29,416 bases of DNA, taken from a virus. Lineage: Duplodnaviria > Caudoviricetes. Below the pieces are notes generated by a model. It did not search any database. It worked only from the letters and a program-made list of their open reading frames with translations, and was not told where the DNA came from. A program made the position numbers and the translations under genes. The DNA lies in the IMG/VR virus record IMGVR_UViG_3300032259_000014, positions 1 through 29,416 of that record; one strand, 5' to 3'. Below, piece after piece: positions 26,182 to 29,416 of the stretch (its first letter is position 1; every line of letters begins with the position of its first letter).

Positions 26182-26879
26182 GCTTTTATCTTTTAGATCA
26201 TCCTAATCCTAACGGATTGTCTTACTCCTTGACCCGTGGTGAGCCTATCCGCGGCATCGTGCTGCACACCGCCGAGAACGTGGCCGATACTATCGGTCCA
26301 GACGGTGGCGCTGAGCGTGTGGCCAGCTATGGAGCTACCACTAGGCGTGCATCGTGGCACGTTACTGTGGACAAGGACTCCATCATTTACATGCTGCCTG
26401 ACCGAATGCAGGCGTGGCACGTCGTTGGTTATAACTCGTCCACGCTCGGCATCGAACAGGCGTGCCAGGCAAGTAAGTGGAAGGAGTATCCTGCCGACTG
26501 GGTTGATGCAACCATAACCAACACCGCCACTGTAGTCAAGCAGTGGTGTGAGTTGTATGACATTCCTATGAAGCGCATCTCTAGGGACGAGTACGATTCA
26601 GGTAAGCGCGGTATCTTGGCACACGCTGACTTGGACCCAAGTAGACGTTCTGATCCTGGTAAAGACTATCCATGGGACCTATTGTTTGAAAAGATGGAGA
26701 CTGATATGACTGAGTTTTACATTGAGCTGGAGAAGCTCGTCACAGAGTCTGGGGGCAACGCTCGCAGCCTCTTCTACACACTGGAGCTACTGCGTGGCCT
26801 GGCTGAAGGCGTATCAATTCCCGCCAACGTACCTCGGGCGGTAGCCGAAGCTGTGCTGAGCCCGAAGCACACTTACTAA
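26178..26879 (+). CDS. Endolysin, N-acetylmuramoyl-L-alanine amidase (Amidase_2)
   Basis: Motifs IVLHTAE, ASWH, AWH, NSSTLGIE, LAHAD and RSDPG. Confidence 0.9.
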   Translation: MSFYLLDHPNPNGLSYSLTRGEPIRGIVLHTAENVADTIGPDGGAERVASYGATTRRASWHVTVDKDSIIYMLPDRMQAWHVVGYNSSTLGIEQACQASKWKEYPADWVDATITNTATVVKQWCELYDIPMKRISRDEYDSGKRGILAHADLDPSRRSDPGKDYPWDLLFEKMETDMTEFYIELEKLVTESGGNARSLFYTLELLRGLAEGVSIPANVPRAVAEAVLSPKHTY

Positions 26880-26880
26880 T

Positions 26881-27612
26881 ATGGCTGCGCCAACTGTCCG
26901 CTCCGTTAACAGCGCTGACGCTGGTGCTGGTGACTTCACTTTGGTGGAGCCTGCTGGCGCTGCTGAGGACGACATACTGCTCATCATTTTGGAGTACGAT
27001 CCCAACACCCATGTCTCTCCTGGCTATGACCCTCCCACGGGCTGGACGCAGCTCTACCACCACGAGAACATTGTCGATAACTGCTATGCCTGGGCCGCAT
27101 GGATTCGGCGTGGGGCGAGCGCTCCTGACCTGAGTTTGGTGCGTACTGCTGGCGGTTCGATGAACCACGCCATCGTGGCTATGGCAGCCATCAGTGGAGT
27201 TGACCCAACACTAGAAGACCCTTGGGTCGATCTCACGCACACCTATCAGGGTGGCCCCAAGACCCAGGTAGATCACGATAGCATTACCACCACATACGAT
27301 GATGCTCTGATACTTTTCCTGGCTTCGCTGCAAGGCAGGGGCTTTGACTATTCGGTGCCGGTCAATGCCAACCTGACAAACCTCACGGTACATTTTACTC
27401 TCTATGAGAGCAACTGGGGGACCGATGGGTCGCTTCACTTTGCTACTGGTGAACTGGCAACGGCAGGAGACACTGGTGTTACAACCTTTGGGACTCTCGC
27501 CAGCAATGTTGCTGCACAAGGAACATGGCACCAGACGATAGGGCTGCTCAGCACTGGCGGCGCTAGCGAAACCAACAAATTTGGCTCACTAAGTACTTAC
27601 TATAACACCTAG
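26881..27612 (+). CDS. Beta-rich virion-associated protein (tail-fibre / carbohydrate-binding-like)
   Basis: PAGAAEDDILLIIL...PPTGWTQL pattern of the kind seen in phage fibre accessory domains. Coupled to the amidase stop. Confidence 0.5.
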   Translation: MAAPTVRSVNSADAGAGDFTLVEPAGAAEDDILLIILEYDPNTHVSPGYDPPTGWTQLYHHENIVDNCYAWAAWIRRGASAPDLSLVRTAGGSMNHAIVAMAAISGVDPTLEDPWVDLTHTYQGGPKTQVDHDSITTTYDDALILFLASLQGRGFDYSVPVNANLTNLTVHFTLYESNWGTDGSLHFATGELATAGDTGVTTFGTLASNVAAQGTWHQTIGLLSTGGASETNKFGSLSTYYNT

Positions 27613-27624
27613 CCCGGAGGGCAC

Positions 27625-27987
27625 ATGAATAAGAAGAACAAAACTATTCTTGCCTCGGCAGCCCGAACGGCTACCGCGACAGCGAGTGGAATCGATACGG
27701 GTGATGCGCCAGCAGCGTACTTCGTATTGGATGTCACGGTTGATGGCGCCGCCGCATCGATCACTTGGAAGGTTGATTACCTGGACGAAACGTCCGGGAA
27801 GTACGTCAACCTGCTTACAGGTGCTGCCGTTGCTGATGTAGGAACTACTGTCTACAAGATCAGCCCTGCGCTGACCGCAGTGGCCAACTCGGTTGCTGCA
27901 GAGCATCTCCCGCCAACACTAAAGGTGACTGTGACCCACGCGGACACAGATTCAATCACCTATAGTGTGGGGATGATTTTACTCTAG
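27625..27987 (+). CDS. Small beta-sandwich virion-like protein
   Basis: RBS GGAGG. Ala/Thr/Val-rich with alternating strands. Confidence 0.55.
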   Translation: MNKKNKTILASAARTATATASGIDTGDAPAAYFVLDVTVDGAAASITWKVDYLDETSGKYVNLLTGAAVADVGTTVYKISPALTAVANSVAAEHLPPTLKVTVTHADTDSITYSVGMILL

Positions 27988-28274
27988 TACCACAGGTCGA
28001 GCTCATCGAGAAGGTCTTCAACCTCTTGGGCTGAGACAACGACGCGACCTCTGCCGCGTGCCTTGTTGATGAGCTTGAGCTGTGCTAGCTGTCGAGCTGT
28101 AGTAGTGTGCGATGTCTCGGGTGTCTTAACCTCTAGTCCGAGGAAGAACCCTTTGTAGCACGCAATGATGTCTGGGTAGCCCGCAGACAACGGGGAGCCG
28201 TGGGTCTTATAGGCCCAGGCTCCCCGCTTTTTCAGCAGGCTCATGATCTTCCGAACGATGAGCTGCTCACTCAT
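27984..28274 (-). CDS. VRR-NUC domain (PD-(D/E)xK) nuclease / Holliday junction resolvase-like
   Basis: GYPDIIACYKGFFLGLEVK motif plus the Q...GGR-like tail typical of VRR-NUC. Confidence 0.88.
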   Translation of the reverse strand: MSEQLIVRKIMSLLKKRGAWAYKTHGSPLSAGYPDIIACYKGFFLGLEVKTPETSHTTTARQLAQLKLINKARGRGRVVVSAQEVEDLLDELDLWY

Positions 28275-28699
28275 TAGAGGTCGCTGAAGTCCGGCACGCT
28301 CTCGGTGACGAGGGGTGTGTGGCGACTGATGTTGGTGTAGTTCTTGGACGGGTCCTTCTTGCCTGGTTCCTTTTTGATGGTCACGACACAGCGACGACCG
28401 ACCAGGACATTGGGGTTGAGCTTACTGGTGTCAGTTCCGGGAACGATGGGAGCGCCGAGAGCATTGAATACCTCACGCACCTTCCAGCCACCACCGCCCT
28501 TGAGCCACACGGAGCTCTTGATCTTCAGGCCCTTGACCACGAAGACAAAGCCCCACCCGTAGTTGTCGGTGCTGGATGCTTCGATGTCCTCGACGTCGAC
28601 AAGGTCAGCGATGTAGTCACCGTCTTCCAAGTCGTCGTATGAAATCCTCTCTTCGAAGTCGGAGTCGGTCAGGGGGACGTTGCGAACTGTTGCTGGCAT
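28274..28699 (-). CDS. DUF669-like ssDNA-binding protein (partner of Sak4)
   Basis: LEDGDYIADLVDVE start, LVGRRCVVTIK...YTNI and acidic C-terminal tip VPDFSDL. Directly downstream of the Sak4-like gene. Confidence 0.7.
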   Translation of the reverse strand: MPATVRNVPLTDSDFEERISYDDLEDGDYIADLVDVEDIEASSTDNYGWGFVFVVKGLKIKSSVWLKGGGGWKVREVFNALGAPIVPGTDTSKLNPNVLVGRRCVVTIKKEPGKKDPSKNYTNISRHTPLVTESVPDFSDL

Positions 28700-28700
28700 G

Positions 28701-29408
28701 TTACTTTACCTCTTTCGTCATTGCGATCAGTTTGGGAATGGTGAGGCCTTTAACCTCTTTCGGTAGAGCCAGGTCTCTGTGACCCACCTGGCTTAGGGAC
28801 TCGGGTCCGAACCGCACGCGGTATTCCACGTCGGTTGACAGCGCACCCGTCTGCGTGATTAGGGTCCTTCCAATTACATCCGGCGCAGCCATAAGTGTTC
28901 GCAAGATAGCGGGCGTAACGTCTGGCGTCAGTGGGTACTGCCCGCTCTCCATATCCTGCTGGTCTCGCTCTCTTAGCTGAGCCGTGAAGATCACGTTCAT
29001 GGGCAGTGCGTTGAACTGTAGAATCTTGTGCCGGATCATGGCTCCGACCCCGCCATACGCTCGTCGGGGATCGTCCCCCGCCACTATTGCAGCATTGAGA
29101 CCAGCCACCTCGCCTGCTACTTCTTGTAGCATCGTTACGCTGTCGATTACAACACTCTTCCACTCATGCTTCTCCAACGTGAGGGTCTTGAGGGCGTCCT
29201 CAACATCAGCCCATATTCTGATCGGAAACACGTCCACGTCTTTGCCACGCAGAGACATGGTGCCGCCTTCGGCATCAAGGAACAGAACCTTCGGTGCTGT
29301 GCCTGCAAGTGTGGTCTTACCGCTCTTGCTGGGCCCAAAGAACAGACCCTTAAGCGGTCGGGTGTCTACAGCCTTACCGGTACGTCCAATAATGCTACTC
29401 ATCAGCAC
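28701..29408 (-). CDS. Sak4-like AAA_24 ATPase / ssDNA-annealing recombinase
   Basis: Walker A GPSKSGKTT, LFLDAEGG, Walker B VVIDSVT and NVIFTAQ. Confidence 0.85.
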   Translation of the reverse strand: MLMSSIIGRTGKAVDTRPLKGLFFGPSKSGKTTLAGTAPKVLFLDAEGGTMSLRGKDVDVFPIRIWADVEDALKTLTLEKHEWKSVVIDSVTMLQEVAGEVAGLNAAIVAGDDPRRAYGGVGAMIRHKILQFNALPMNVIFTAQLRERDQQDMESGQYPLTPDVTPAILRTLMAAPDVIGRTLITQTGALSTDVEYRVRFGPESLSQVGHRDLALPKEVKGLTIPKLIAMTKEVK

Positions 29409-29416
29409 TCACCGTA

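Overview
The window is a large part of a GC-rich tailed dsDNA phage genome. It looks podovirus-like, with no tape measure, tail tube or sheath gene, and the host is probably actinobacterial (r1t-type holin, U-less terminator). On the + strand it opens with about 700 nt of non-coding sequence that folds into a modular, G.U-rich multi-branched structure (24-710), then a cluster of palindromes that may be an origin (about 740-985). Next come two unannotated small ORFs, a Cys-rich protein, an AAA_25/RepA-like helicase, an HTH-fused terminase and the portal. A 2584-aa polyvalent or ejection-type protein follows (two ParB-like motifs, clamp-binding-like motifs, C-terminal staphylococcal-nuclease domain), then two more probable internal virion proteins and a very basic protein. 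The rest of the + strand encodes scaffold, major capsid, decoration-like protein, adaptor, nozzle, a tail fibre with an S74 chaperone, a lysis cassette and two more virion-like genes. Converging on the - strand are VRR-NUC, a DUF669-like protein and a Sak4-like ATPase. Three near-consensus sigma70/SigA promoters share spacer sequence. The most striking unexplained feature is the structured element at the window start, built from repeated GGGT/GGG(A/C)CCC bulged arms and G-CTT-C hairpins. All calls come from reading motifs by eye; no searches were run.
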